64,000 nt of DNA from an uncultured Enterobacterales bacterium (GTDB lineage: Bacteria > Myxococcota_A > UBA796 > JAFGLY01): positions 63,002-127,001 of the forward strand of contig CAYZVO010000001.1 in NCBI GenBank assembly GCA_964481655.1, read 5' to 3'. This document shows, piece by piece, positions 48,730 through 57,333 of the stretch. Under the pieces are notes generated by a model that searched no databases, was not told the DNA's origin, and worked only from the letters and a program-made list of their open reading frames with translations. Position numbers and translations under genes: made by a program. The first letter of the stretch is position 1, and each line of letters begins with the position of its first letter.

Positions 48730-49947
48730 TCAGGGCGCGTCCAGCGCCAGGTCGACCCCCAGGGCCAGGTGGTCCGAGCAGCTGAGGCCGTCGTCGCAGC
48801 GGCAGTCGATGGTCTCGGCCTCGAAGGGCTCGAGCCGGGGCGTGGTGTAGACGTAGTCGATGCGCAGGGGCAGCCAGCCCCCCACCACCCGGGTGCTGCC
48901 GGATCCCGCGCCCACCTCGCGCCAGGCGTCGTCCAGCTGGCGGCGGAGGATGGCGTGGATGGCGCTGTCGGGGGTGCTGTTGAAGTCACCGGCGATCACG
49001 GTGGGGTCCTGGAAGCTCGAGACCAGGCCGCGGACCTCGGCGATCTGCTCGGCCTGGATGGCCACGGCTTCCTCCATCTGGGTGAGCACCGCGGCCAGGG
49101 GGCCGGGCTGGCCCGAGCCCAGAGAGCCCAGGGCCTGCTCCACCTCGCGCATGGTGACGCCGTAGGGCAGCACGTGAAGGGCCATGACGTTGAAGGTCCG
49201 CTCCCCGTCGGACAGCTCGGTGAAGACGTAGCGCCAGCCCGGGGGCAGGGGCAGGTCGCGGCCCCGGGTGATGCGCCAGGGGCCGTCGTCCTGCACGCAG
49301 ACCGCCAGCCCGCCGGTGCCCTTTCCGCCGCGGCCGTAGTAGTCGATCTGCTCGCACTGCAGGCCCAGCTCGCCGGCGATTCCCTCGAGCCTGCGGCCGC
49401 TGATCTCCAGCAACACCAGCACATCCGGGGCGTCGGTGCGGATGGTCTCGAGGACCCCGCCTCGGGCGGCCTCGGGGGAGCAGCGGGGCTCGTCGGGATC
49501 GGCGAAGGACCCCAGGCGCCCGACGTTCCAGGTCAGGATGCGCAGGGGTTCCCCCGCGGGCTCACCGATGCTGGGCAGGCGGCAGGCGGGGGTGCAGGCG
49601 TCGCCGCGGATCGCCAGCTCGGCGCCGGTGTGCAGCAGCGCCACCAGGAACAGCCAGCGGGAGCGCCCCGGTCGGAGCAGGGCCAGCAGGACCAGGGCCG
49701 TGACGGCCAGGTGGAGCCAGGGCAGCAGCAGCACCGCCACCACCAGCGGAGCCGCCGGCGTGGTGTCCACCCGCCCCATGATGGTGACGCCCCACAACAC
49801 GCCGAGCGCCCACAGCAGCAGCGCCCAGCCGGTGCAGCCCAGGCACGAGCGGCGCGGCGGTGGCTCGGGTGCGGGGAGATCCGGGGCCTCGAGGGTGGCC
49901 TCGAGATCCTCCTCGCGGTCGGGCTGCGCTGGGGTCGGCTCGCTCAT
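48730..49947 (-). CDS. Membrane-anchored endonuclease/exonuclease/phosphatase (EEP) family protein
   Basis: Three to four N-terminal TM helices. LRILTWNVGRL..VLVLLE..IAGDFNSTPDS..RIDYVY..SDHLAL. Confidence 0.75.
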   Translation of the reverse strand: MSEPTPAQPDREEDLEATLEAPDLPAPEPPPRRSCLGCTGWALLLWALGVLWGVTIMGRVDTTPAAPLVVAVLLLPWLHLAVTALVLLALLRPGRSRWLFLVALLHTGAELAIRGDACTPACRLPSIGEPAGEPLRILTWNVGRLGSFADPDEPRCSPEAARGGVLETIRTDAPDVLVLLEISGRRLEGIAGELGLQCEQIDYYGRGGKGTGGLAVCVQDDGPWRITRGRDLPLPPGWRYVFTELSDGERTFNVMALHVLPYGVTMREVEQALGSLGSGQPGPLAAVLTQMEEAVAIQAEQIAEVRGLVSSFQDPTVIAGDFNSTPDSAIHAILRRQLDDAWREVGAGSGSTRVVGGWLPLRIDYVYTTPRLEPFEAETIDCRCDDGLSCSDHLALGVDLALDAP

Positions 49948-50014
49948 GGGGCTCCCACCCCCGCCGTGGCATCGCGGGACGGGCGAAGGAGCCTCCTATT
50001 CCAGCGCTGGGCGC

Positions 50015-50593
50015 CTAGCCCCTCACAAAGCTCGCCGCGGCGGCGATGGCGGCGCGCACCTCGTCGTCGATCTCGGCCACATCCCCGATGCGGATGCGCC
50101 GGGTGAAGCGCGGGTTGGAGGTCTTGTAGGCCTGCAGGCGCGCGGTCTCGGCGGTGTCCGCGGGCAGGGCCAGCTCCAGGTCCACCAGCTTCTGGGTGCG
50201 GGGGTTCACGATGGCGAACTGGGCCCGGTTGGCGACGCTCGAGTAGGTCTTGCAGACCTCGACCCGGGAGCTGTCGTCGGCCTCCTTCGCCGCCTGGATC
50301 AGGGCCTCGTAGATGGGGCGCAGGGCGGCCTTCTTGCCGCTGTACAGGTCGCTCACCAGATCGGTGGGCCGCTCGTACTGATCCACACGGCCCGGGTCGG
50401 TCACGCCCCAGGCGATCCACTGGGCCTGGAAGTGGTTCAGGCCGTGCTCGCTCTTGAGCCAGGTGGTCAGCGCCTTGTGCTTGTCCAGGCCGCTGCCCTT
50501 CGCCACCTCGACCCACTGCTCGAAGGGCTTGCCGGTCTTGGTGGGCAGCTCGCGGATCATCTTCTGCAGCATCTCGCGGGGGGTCATGGCCAT
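50015..50593 (-). CDS. DUF4287/DUF5655-like protein
   Basis: Track ORF is 50015..50860. ATG at 50593 gives MAMTPREMLQKMIRELPTKTGKPFEQWVEVAKGSGLDKHKALTTWLKSEHGLNHFQAQWIAW. Confidence 0.55.
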   Translation of the reverse strand: MAMTPREMLQKMIRELPTKTGKPFEQWVEVAKGSGLDKHKALTTWLKSEHGLNHFQAQWIAWGVTDPGRVDQYERPTDLVSDLYSGKKAALRPIYEALIQAAKEADDSSRVEVCKTYSSVANRAQFAIVNPRTQKLVDLELALPADTAETARLQAYKTSNPRFTRRIRIGDVAEIDDEVRAAIAAAASFVRG

Positions 50594-50729
50594 GGGAACG
50601 CTCCGAATCGTGGGTTGCACCATCAGGTATGCACGCTCCTTCGGGTGGCCAGGACCGGTGATAGGATAGGCGGCGCTCCGTGAGCTTCCCGACACCGTGA
50701 TGGTCGGGTGGTGGATGCCGGAGGACCCC

Positions 50730-52811
50730 ATGAGAACGCACCTGCTGCTGCTCCTGCTGGCCATCGGCTGCGGAGGCAAGGACGACACCGGCGAGCCCGG
50801 CGTGGACCAGGACGCCGACGGCTTCGTCGAGGGCGTGGACTGCGACGACAACGACGCCAACGTGCACCCCGACGCCCTCGAGCAGCCCTACAACGGCGTG
50901 GACGACGACTGCGACGAGGGCACCCCCGACGACGATCTCGACGCCGACGGCTACATCGCCGAGCAGGACTGCGACGACAACGACGCGAGCGCCTACCCCG
51001 GCGGGACCGAGGTCTGCGACGGCGCGGACAACGACTGCGACGGCACCATCGACGACAACGCCCTGGACACCCTGGCCTGGTACGAGGACTACGACGGCGA
51101 CGGCTACGGCAACCCCGACGCGGAGATCCTGGCCTGCGATCTGCCCCCCGGGCACGTGGCGGACGACAGCGACTGCGACGACACCGATCCGCAGATCCAT
51201 CCGGGTGCCCAGGAGCCCTACGACGGCGTGGACAACGACTGCGACGGCGACATCGACGAGGAGGGCGGGGCGCCGGTCTTCGACTGGTACCACGACGGCG
51301 ACGGCGACGGCTTTGGCGACCCCTACGACCTGGTCGAGGCCGAGAAGCAGCCCTACGGCTACGTGCCCAACGACAACGACTGCGATGACGAGGACGCCGC
51401 CATCTACCCGGACGCCCCCGAGCGCTGCAACGACCTGGACGACGACTGCGACTCGCTGTTGGACGAAGACGACGCCTGCGTCGAGCTGGACGTCGCCACC
51501 GCCGACGACTGGTGGACCGGCGACGGCTCGGGGGACGAGGCCGGCTTCGCGCTGGCGGGTGGGCACGACCTCACCGGCGACGGCACCGACGACTTCCTGG
51601 TCGGCGCGCCCGAGACGGGGCCCGGCGGCTCCTTCTACGTCATGGCGGGGGACTACCTCGGCTATGCCACCGGGCTGGAGCTCGACGCGGCCTCGTCCTC
51701 CGGGGCGATCACCTGGTCGAGCCCCATGTCCGGCGCCGAGCTGGGCCACAGCGTGGCCCTGTTCCGGGACGCCGACGGCGACGGCGTGACGGACTTCGGC
51801 GTCGGCGCTCCCTACGCCGACGGGCCCGGGGTGGCGGTGCTGTGGTTCTCCAGCGTCTCCGACTACGAGTACGTCTCGGTCTCGGGAAGCCTGGCGGAGC
51901 TGGGCGAGGTGGCCTCGGCCGCCGACGTCAACCGCGACGGCTACACCGACATCCTCATCGGCGGCCCCGGGGTCACCACCGACAGCGGCGACGAGGGCTT
52001 CGCCGAGATCTTCCTGGGCGATCCCACCGATCTGCTGGTGGCGGGCGAGTATTGGACCGGCGAGAGCGCCAACGACGCCCTGGGCTCCCAGCTGGCCTCG
52101 GCCGGCGATGTCGATGGCGATGGCTTCTTCGACGTGCTCATCGGGGCACAGGGCTACCCGGGCGGCGACCGGCAGGGGGCCATCTACATGGCCATGGGCC
52201 GCGGGCTGTGGCCGGGGGGCGAGGGCGAGCTCGCCGATCTCGAGCACTTCTTCGTGGGCGACGCCGTGGGCGACCACGCGGGCCAGGCCCTGGCCGGCGG
52301 CGAGGACTTCAACGGCGACGGCTACGACGACTTCGTGATGTCCGCGCCCTACGCCAGCCCCGGCGGCAGCGACGAGGGCGAGGTCTACCTGTGGTTCGGC
52401 GACGCCGTCTGGGCCCGCGGCGATTCGTCCTGGTCGCTGTCCTCGGCGCCCACCAGCTTCGCGGGCGAGGACGCCTCGAGCCGCGCGGGCTGGGCGCTGT
52501 CCTTCGTGCCCGACTTCGACGGCGACGGTCAGGTGGACCTGGCCGTGGGCGCCCCCTACTTCAGCTCAGGCGGTGCGCTGACGGGCAAGCTCTACCTGGT
52601 CTCGAGCAGCGCCGGCATCTGGGCGGGCGCCTGCGACCTGGCCGATGCCAGCCACTCCTGGGTCGGCGAGGATCCCGGCGATCATCTCGGCTCCGCCATC
52701 GCGGTGGGTGACGCCGACGCCGACGGCCTCTCCGACATCATGGTCAGCGCGACCGGTGCCGACGACAACGGCACCAGCTCCGGCTCGGTCTACCTGTTGC
52801 TGGGCTGGTAG
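50730..52811 (+). CDS. Lipoprotein with MopE-type Cys-rich repeats followed by seven FG-GAP (integrin-alpha-like) repeats
   Basis: ATG at 50730 follows GGAGGA and gives MRTHLLLLLLAIGCGG (lipobox). About six DCDD/PGAxExCDGxDNDCDG units. Then DLTGDGTDDFLVGAP, DADGDGVTDFGVGAP, DVNRDGYTDILIGGP, DVDGDGFFDVLIGAQ, DFNGDGYDDFVMSAP, DFDGDGQVDLAVGAP, and DADADGLSDIMVSAT. Confidence 0.82.
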   Translation: MRTHLLLLLLAIGCGGKDDTGEPGVDQDADGFVEGVDCDDNDANVHPDALEQPYNGVDDDCDEGTPDDDLDADGYIAEQDCDDNDASAYPGGTEVCDGADNDCDGTIDDNALDTLAWYEDYDGDGYGNPDAEILACDLPPGHVADDSDCDDTDPQIHPGAQEPYDGVDNDCDGDIDEEGGAPVFDWYHDGDGDGFGDPYDLVEAEKQPYGYVPNDNDCDDEDAAIYPDAPERCNDLDDDCDSLLDEDDACVELDVATADDWWTGDGSGDEAGFALAGGHDLTGDGTDDFLVGAPETGPGGSFYVMAGDYLGYATGLELDAASSSGAITWSSPMSGAELGHSVALFRDADGDGVTDFGVGAPYADGPGVAVLWFSSVSDYEYVSVSGSLAELGEVASAADVNRDGYTDILIGGPGVTTDSGDEGFAEIFLGDPTDLLVAGEYWTGESANDALGSQLASAGDVDGDGFFDVLIGAQGYPGGDRQGAIYMAMGRGLWPGGEGELADLEHFFVGDAVGDHAGQALAGGEDFNGDGYDDFVMSAPYASPGGSDEGEVYLWFGDAVWARGDSSWSLSSAPTSFAGEDASSRAGWALSFVPDFDGDGQVDLAVGAPYFSSGGALTGKLYLVSSSAGIWAGACDLADASHSWVGEDPGDHLGSAIAVGDADADGLSDIMVSATGADDNGTSSGSVYLLLGW

Positions 52812-52840
52812 CGGGGCGCCCGGGAAAAAAAAGCGCCCCG
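52812..52840 (+). other. GC stem-loop with A8 in the loop, immediately after the FG-GAP gene stop
   Basis: cggggcgc (52812-19) pairs with gcgccccg (52833-40). The loop is ccgggaaaaaaaa. No 3' U-tract, so terminator function is unproven. Confidence 0.3.
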
Positions 52841-52892
52841 GATCGGAGGTACTCCGCGTTCCCTGTGCGAACATCAACGCGGAGATCATTCC

Positions 52893-53735
52893 ATGCGCAC
52901 CTTCCAACTGCTGACCCTCACCCTCTCCCTCTTCGCCTCGGCTGGCTGTGAGCTCGTCCTCGGCGGCGTCGACCCCGCCGACGGCGACACCGCCCCGCAG
53001 GACGACTGTGACGATGACGAGGACTGCGACGACGAGGACGAGGGCGACGACGAAGACCAGGACGACGAGGACGACGACGAAGACGAGGACGAGGACGACG
53101 AGGAAGGCTGGGAGGCCTGGGAGGATGAGTGCGAGGCCCTCGCCGAAGAGGCCGAGGACTGCTGGCACGAGGCCGACGACGATCCCGAGCTCGCCGAGCT
53201 GTGCGAAGAGCTCGAGCACGAGGCGGAGATGTGCTTCGACGAGCTGGACGAGGCCGCCGCCGAGGCTTGGGAGGAAGAGTGCGACGAGCTGGCAGAGGCC
53301 GCCGACGCCTGCTGGGACGAAGCCGACGACGATCCCGAGCTCGCTGAAGAGTGCGAGGAGCTGGAGTACGAGGCCGAGGCCTGCTTCGAGGACCTCGAGG
53401 CCGCCCAGGAGTACGAGGGCTGGGCCGAGGACTGCGAGGCCCTCGAGGCCGAGGCCGAGTGGTGCTACGAGGAGGCCGAGGAGGACCCGGGGCTCGTCGA
53501 GCTGTGCGAGGACCTGTGGGAGGAGGCCATGTGGTGCTGGGACGAGCTCGAGGACGCCGAGCTCGAGGCCTGGTACGAAGAGTGCGAGGAGCTCGAGCTC
53601 GAAGCCGAGATGTGCTTCGACGAAGCGGACGACGACCCCGAGATCGTCGAAGAGTGCGAGGAGATCCTCGAGGAGGCGCTGTGGTGCTGGGAAGAACTCG
53701 AAGAGGAGGAGTCGTGGTCCGAGGACGACGAGTAG
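52893..53735 (+). CDS. Extremely acidic lipoprotein with four tandem twin-CX9C units
   Basis: MRTFQLLTLTLSLFASAGC (lipobox). Residues 37-72 are almost pure D/E. Then come four repeats of C-x9-C-x13-C-x9-C. The mature protein has no Lys or Arg. Confidence 0.75.
   Translation: MRTFQLLTLTLSLFASAGCELVLGGVDPADGDTAPQDDCDDDEDCDDEDEGDDEDQDDEDDDEDEDEDDEEGWEAWEDECEALAEEAEDCWHEADDDPELAELCEELEHEAEMCFDELDEAAAEAWEEECDELAEAADACWDEADDDPELAEECEELEYEAEACFEDLEAAQEYEGWAEDCEALEAEAEWCYEEAEEDPGLVELCEDLWEEAMWCWDELEDAELEAWYEECEELELEAEMCFDEADDDPEIVEECEEILEEALWCWEELEEEESWSEDDE
53130..53687 (+). repeat. Four tandem ~50-codon coding repeats (twin-CX9C units)
   Basis: Cys at residues 80/90/104/114, 130/140/154/164, 181/191/205/215, and 231/241/255/265. 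Consensus: W-E-x-E-C-E-x-L-x-x-E-A-E-x-C-W-x-E-A-D-D-D-P-E-L-x-E-x-C-E-E-L-E-x-E-A-x-x-C. Confidence 0.9.
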
Positions 53736-53740
53736 CCCCC

Positions 53741-54466
53741 ATGCGTCTCGCCACCCTCGCCCTGTGCACGGTGTCGCCGCTGGCCATGACGGCCTGCGGC
53801 GACTCCCAGGTGGGCGGGGACTGGCTCGATGATCTGTTGGGCACCGAGGAGTTCCCGGCCGAGGTGGCCTGGGAGCTGCGCTGGTTCCAGGGCCAGGATC
53901 AGCCCCTGCTGGTCGAGTGCGGCCTGCGAGAGCCCCACACCGGCCACACAGAGCTCGGCGAGATCCACTTCGGCGTGGCCGAGGTGCCCCCTCCGTGGGT
54001 CGAGGAAGCCCCCGAGGCCAGCACCTTCATCGAGGGTGAGGGGTTCGCCTACGGGATGGCCCTGATGGTGCTCACCGAGCCCGGGCCCCACGCCGACGCG
54101 GATCCCGAGCATGTTCGCACCGATCTCGACGACTCCCGCGGCACCTGGGGTGTGGCCGAGGAGTACCTGATCCTGATCGCCGACGGCGAGCCCTCCGCGC
54201 TGCGTCACGAGCTGCTGGTGGAGCCCGACGAGGGCGAGATCGTCACCGGCGTGCAGCTGGTGGGCTTCCTGCCGGAGGTCCCGCTGGGTACCGGCAGCTT
54301 CGCCGGCTCCATCTACCCCCTCGAAGAGGAAGAGCAGACCTGGCTGTGGGACGTGGGCATGCCCACCGTCCACCTGGAATTCCTCCCGGACCACCTCTGG
54401 GAGGTCTTCGAGGGCGTGGCCCTGGGCGGCGCCGAGCGCCAGCCCTGTCCGGACGAGGGGGCCTAG
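53741..54466 (+). CDS. Lipoprotein, hypothetical (acidic)
   Basis: ATG at 53741 lies 5 nt after the previous stop (the track ORF starts at 53351 in an R/G-rich stretch). MRLATLALCTVSPLAMTACGD (lipobox). Confidence 0.6.
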   Translation: MRLATLALCTVSPLAMTACGDSQVGGDWLDDLLGTEEFPAEVAWELRWFQGQDQPLLVECGLREPHTGHTELGEIHFGVAEVPPPWVEEAPEASTFIEGEGFAYGMALMVLTEPGPHADADPEHVRTDLDDSRGTWGVAEEYLILIADGEPSALRHELLVEPDEGEIVTGVQLVGFLPEVPLGTGSFAGSIYPLEEEEQTWLWDVGMPTVHLEFLPDHLWEVFEGVALGGAERQPCPDEGA

Positions 54467-54468
54467 CC

Positions 54469-54969
54469 GTGGCCCTCTCCCGCGCCGAGTTCCAGGAGCT
54501 CTACCGCAGCTACGGCCCCGCCGTGCGCGCCCGCTGTCGGGCCATCTGCGGCAACGAGGCCGACGCCGACGAGGCGCTGCAGGAGACCTTCATCCGCGCC
54601 TGGCGCGGTCGCAAGCGCTTCGACGGGCGCTACCCCCTGGCCTGGCTGCAGACCATCGGTCGCTCGGCCAGCATCGACATCATCCGCCGCCGCAAGCCCT
54701 GGTGCCACGACCCCGGTCGTTGGCTCGAGCAAGCGGCCCCGAGCACCGGCGAGGTCACGGACACCATCCAGGCCGCACGTCTGCTCGACTCCTTCAGCGC
54801 CGAGGACGCCGCCATGCTCAGGCTGCGGCACGCCGAGGGCTGGCGCATCCACGAGATCGCCGAGCACTTCGCCACGTCCTCGCGCACGGTGCGGCGCCGC
54901 CTGGAGCGGCTGGAGGCCCGCGCCCGCGCCCTGCTCACCAGCCGCCGGGAGGCCTGCCATGCGAGCTGA
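54469..54969 (+). CDS. ECF-type sigma-70 family factor
   Basis: GTG at 54469 lies 2 nt after the previous stop. Region 2: FQELYRSYGPAVRARCRAICGNEADADEALQETFIRAWRG. Region 4: LRLRHAEGWRIHEIAEHFATSSRTVRRRLERL. Confidence 0.8.
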   Translation: MALSRAEFQELYRSYGPAVRARCRAICGNEADADEALQETFIRAWRGRKRFDGRYPLAWLQTIGRSASIDIIRRRKPWCHDPGRWLEQAAPSTGEVTDTIQAARLLDSFSAEDAAMLRLRHAEGWRIHEIAEHFATSSRTVRRRLERLEARARALLTSRREACHAS

Positions 54970-55714
54970 CGCTTCCACCCCTGTCACCCTCCTCGAGCTC
55001 GAGCACTGGGCCCTGGGTCGTCTCGACCCCGAGCGTGCAGCGGCCCTCGAGGCCCTGGGTGCCGACGATCCCGATCTGAAGGCCCGCATGGAGCGGGTCC
55101 AGCGGCAGATCCAGGACGCGAGCCTCGATCTCCCACCCCTCGAGCTGCCCGAAGAGGACGAGGCCCCGGCCCGCGCTGGCTGGCTGGCCTGGCTGTCCCG
55201 CCCGGCCTTCGGGGGGCTGGCCGTGGCCCTGGCGGCCGCCGTCGCGCTGGTGGTGGTGCTGGTGCCCGATCGCCCGGTCGAGGACCCGGACACCTGGCGC
55301 GGTGGGGAGGTCATGGACCTCGAGCTCATGCGTGTGCGCCTGGGCCAGGCGTCACCCCAAGGGGCGCTGGTCAGCGCCCAGCCCGGGGATCGCCTCCAGT
55401 TCACCATCAGTGCGCCCTCCGCCGGTTGGTTGCAGATCTACGATCTACAGGACGACGGCGTGGTGCAGGCCTGGCTCGAGCCGATCCAGATCGAGGCCAA
55501 GACGCCGATGGAGCGCGCCGTGCTGCTGGACGACTACGCCGGCTCCGAGCGCATCTTCTTCCTGATCTCGAGCGAGCCGGTGCCCCTGCAGCGGGTCGAG
55601 CAGGCCGCCCAGCAAGCCTTCCACCAGCCGCTGCCCGCCCTGGACCGCCTGCCGGGCCTGGGCGCCGGCGTCCTGCAGCGCTCGGTGCTGGTCATCAAGG
55701 AGCCCAACCCGTGA
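54959..55714 (+). CDS. Single-pass anti-sigma factor with DUF4384-like periplasmic domain (tentative)
   Basis: Overlaps the sigma gene by 11 nt. N-terminal helix LLELEHWALGRLDPERAAALE. TM segment FGGLAVALAAAVALVVVLV. C-terminus GDRLQFTISAPSAGWLQIYDLQDDGVVQAWLEP..GSERIFFLISSEPV. Confidence 0.6.
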   Translation: MRADASTPVTLLELEHWALGRLDPERAAALEALGADDPDLKARMERVQRQIQDASLDLPPLELPEEDEAPARAGWLAWLSRPAFGGLAVALAAAVALVVVLVPDRPVEDPDTWRGGEVMDLELMRVRLGQASPQGALVSAQPGDRLQFTISAPSAGWLQIYDLQDDGVVQAWLEPIQIEAKTPMERAVLLDDYAGSERIFFLISSEPVPLQRVEQAAQQAFHQPLPALDRLPGLGAGVLQRSVLVIKEPNP

Positions 55715-57333
55715 TCGCTCGTCGCCTGCTGGCACTGCTCACCTGCCTGCTGTTCGCTCTCCCCGCCCACGCCGGCACCGTCCGGCTCGGGCTGTTCGTG
55801 GGGGCCAACATCGGCTTCGGCGAGGACGAGCCTCTGATGCACGCCGAGGACGAGGCCCACGACCTGGCCCGGGTCTTCCAGGAGATGGGCGACCTGAACC
55901 GAGAACGCACCATCATCCTGCAGGGGGTCACCGCCCCCGAGCTGCGCGAGGCCATGCACCAGGTCGAGGCCCAGGTGCGCGAGGTCACCGCCCACGGCGA
56001 CGAGGCGATGCTGGTCTTCTACTACACCGGCCACGCCAGCCAGCAGGGCCTGCACCTGACCGGGACCCTGCTGCCCATGGAGACCCTGCGGCTGTGGCTC
56101 GAGGACAGCGCCGCCCGGGTGCGGCTCGCGTTCGTCGACGCCTGCGAGAGCGGCAGCCTGGCCCGCACCCGGGGTGGAACCCCGGTCGAGGCCATCGCCA
56201 TCACCGTCGACGACGCCCTGACCATGTCCGGTCTGGCCGTGGTGACCTCCACCGGCCCCATGAGCGTGGCCCGGGAGTCCGACAGCTTCGGCGGCGGGGT
56301 CTTCTCCCGCGCCCTGCTGTCGGGCCTGCGAGGCAGCGCGGATGGCGACGGTGACGGCGTGGTGACCCTCGAGGAAGCCTACGACCACGCCTTCGCCGAG
56401 ACCGTGGTCGGCACCGCCGGGGGCTCAGGCTCCATCCAGCGGCCCGAGTACCGCTACGAGCTCGAGGGGGTGGGTCAGGTGGTGCTCACCCGCATCCCCG
56501 AGCGGGCCGCCGGGCTCATCCTGCCCGAGGAGCTCGAGGGGGTCTACGCGGTGGTCTCCGTGACCAACGGCCAGGTCGTGGCCCGGGTGGACAAGCAGCC
56601 GGGCGAGGTCCGGCGCCTGGCCCTGCCCACCGGGCGCTACCTGGTGCGCAAGGTGCGCCGAGAGGACGTGCTGCTCGCCGAGCTCGACCTGGTCTGGGGC
56701 GGCGACCGCTGGCTGGACGACACCCAGATGTCCTCGGTCTCCCTGGGGGACCCGCTGGCCCGCGGTGGCTGGGCGCCCCGCCCCCTGCGGCTCAGCGGCC
56801 GCTTCGTGGCGGGCTCACCCTTCATCCAGGAGAACCCCTGGACCATGGGCGGTGAGCTCGAGCTGCGGGCCCGCTTGCGGCCGACCCTGGCCCTGGCCGT
56901 CATCGCCGGGCACAAGACCGGCGCTCGCTACGAGTGGGAGGGCCAGCTGCGGCTGGACGCCACCCACCTCGGCCTCGGCTTGTACACCGAGCGCCACCTG
57001 CAGCGCCTCGATCTGAGCTTCGGCGGTGGCCTGTCCGGCGCCTCCCTGCTTCAGGTGGTGAACTACCTCGAGTACGACGACGACGACTACGCGATCTGGG
57101 ACGAGGAGATCTTCCGCGCCTGGCAGCTGGTCCCCGGGGCCTGGGCCTTCGCGGGCGTGCACCTGCCGGTGGGCCCGGCCGTGGGGCTGGAGCTCGGCCT
57201 GCGCGCCAGCCTGTACCGGGCCTGGGTGAACGACAGCGCCAACTTCTTCGTCGAGGGGCAAGCCATGGCCGGCCTCGCCTGGAGCTTCGGTGGCAAGAAG
57301 CTGGCGCGGGTGTCCAGCTCCGAAGATCAGTAG
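55711..57333 (+). CDS. Exported caspase-family (peptidase C14) protein with barrel-like C-terminal region
   Basis: GTGA overlap at 55711. Signal peptide VIARRLLALLTCLLFALPAHA. His in VFYYTGHASQQG (codon 56032-34). Cys in AFVDACESGS (codon 56143-45). The last ~230 aa alternate hydrophobic and polar residues, like OM beta-strands. Confidence 0.8.
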   Translation: MIARRLLALLTCLLFALPAHAGTVRLGLFVGANIGFGEDEPLMHAEDEAHDLARVFQEMGDLNRERTIILQGVTAPELREAMHQVEAQVREVTAHGDEAMLVFYYTGHASQQGLHLTGTLLPMETLRLWLEDSAARVRLAFVDACESGSLARTRGGTPVEAIAITVDDALTMSGLAVVTSTGPMSVARESDSFGGGVFSRALLSGLRGSADGDGDGVVTLEEAYDHAFAETVVGTAGGSGSIQRPEYRYELEGVGQVVLTRIPERAAGLILPEELEGVYAVVSVTNGQVVARVDKQPGEVRRLALPTGRYLVRKVRREDVLLAELDLVWGGDRWLDDTQMSSVSLGDPLARGGWAPRPLRLSGRFVAGSPFIQENPWTMGGELELRARLRPTLALAVIAGHKTGARYEWEGQLRLDATHLGLGLYTERHLQRLDLSFGGGLSGASLLQVVNYLEYDDDDYAIWDEEIFRAWQLVPGAWAFAGVHLPVGPAVGLELGLRASLYRAWVNDSANFFVEGQAMAGLAWSFGGKKLARVSSSEDQ

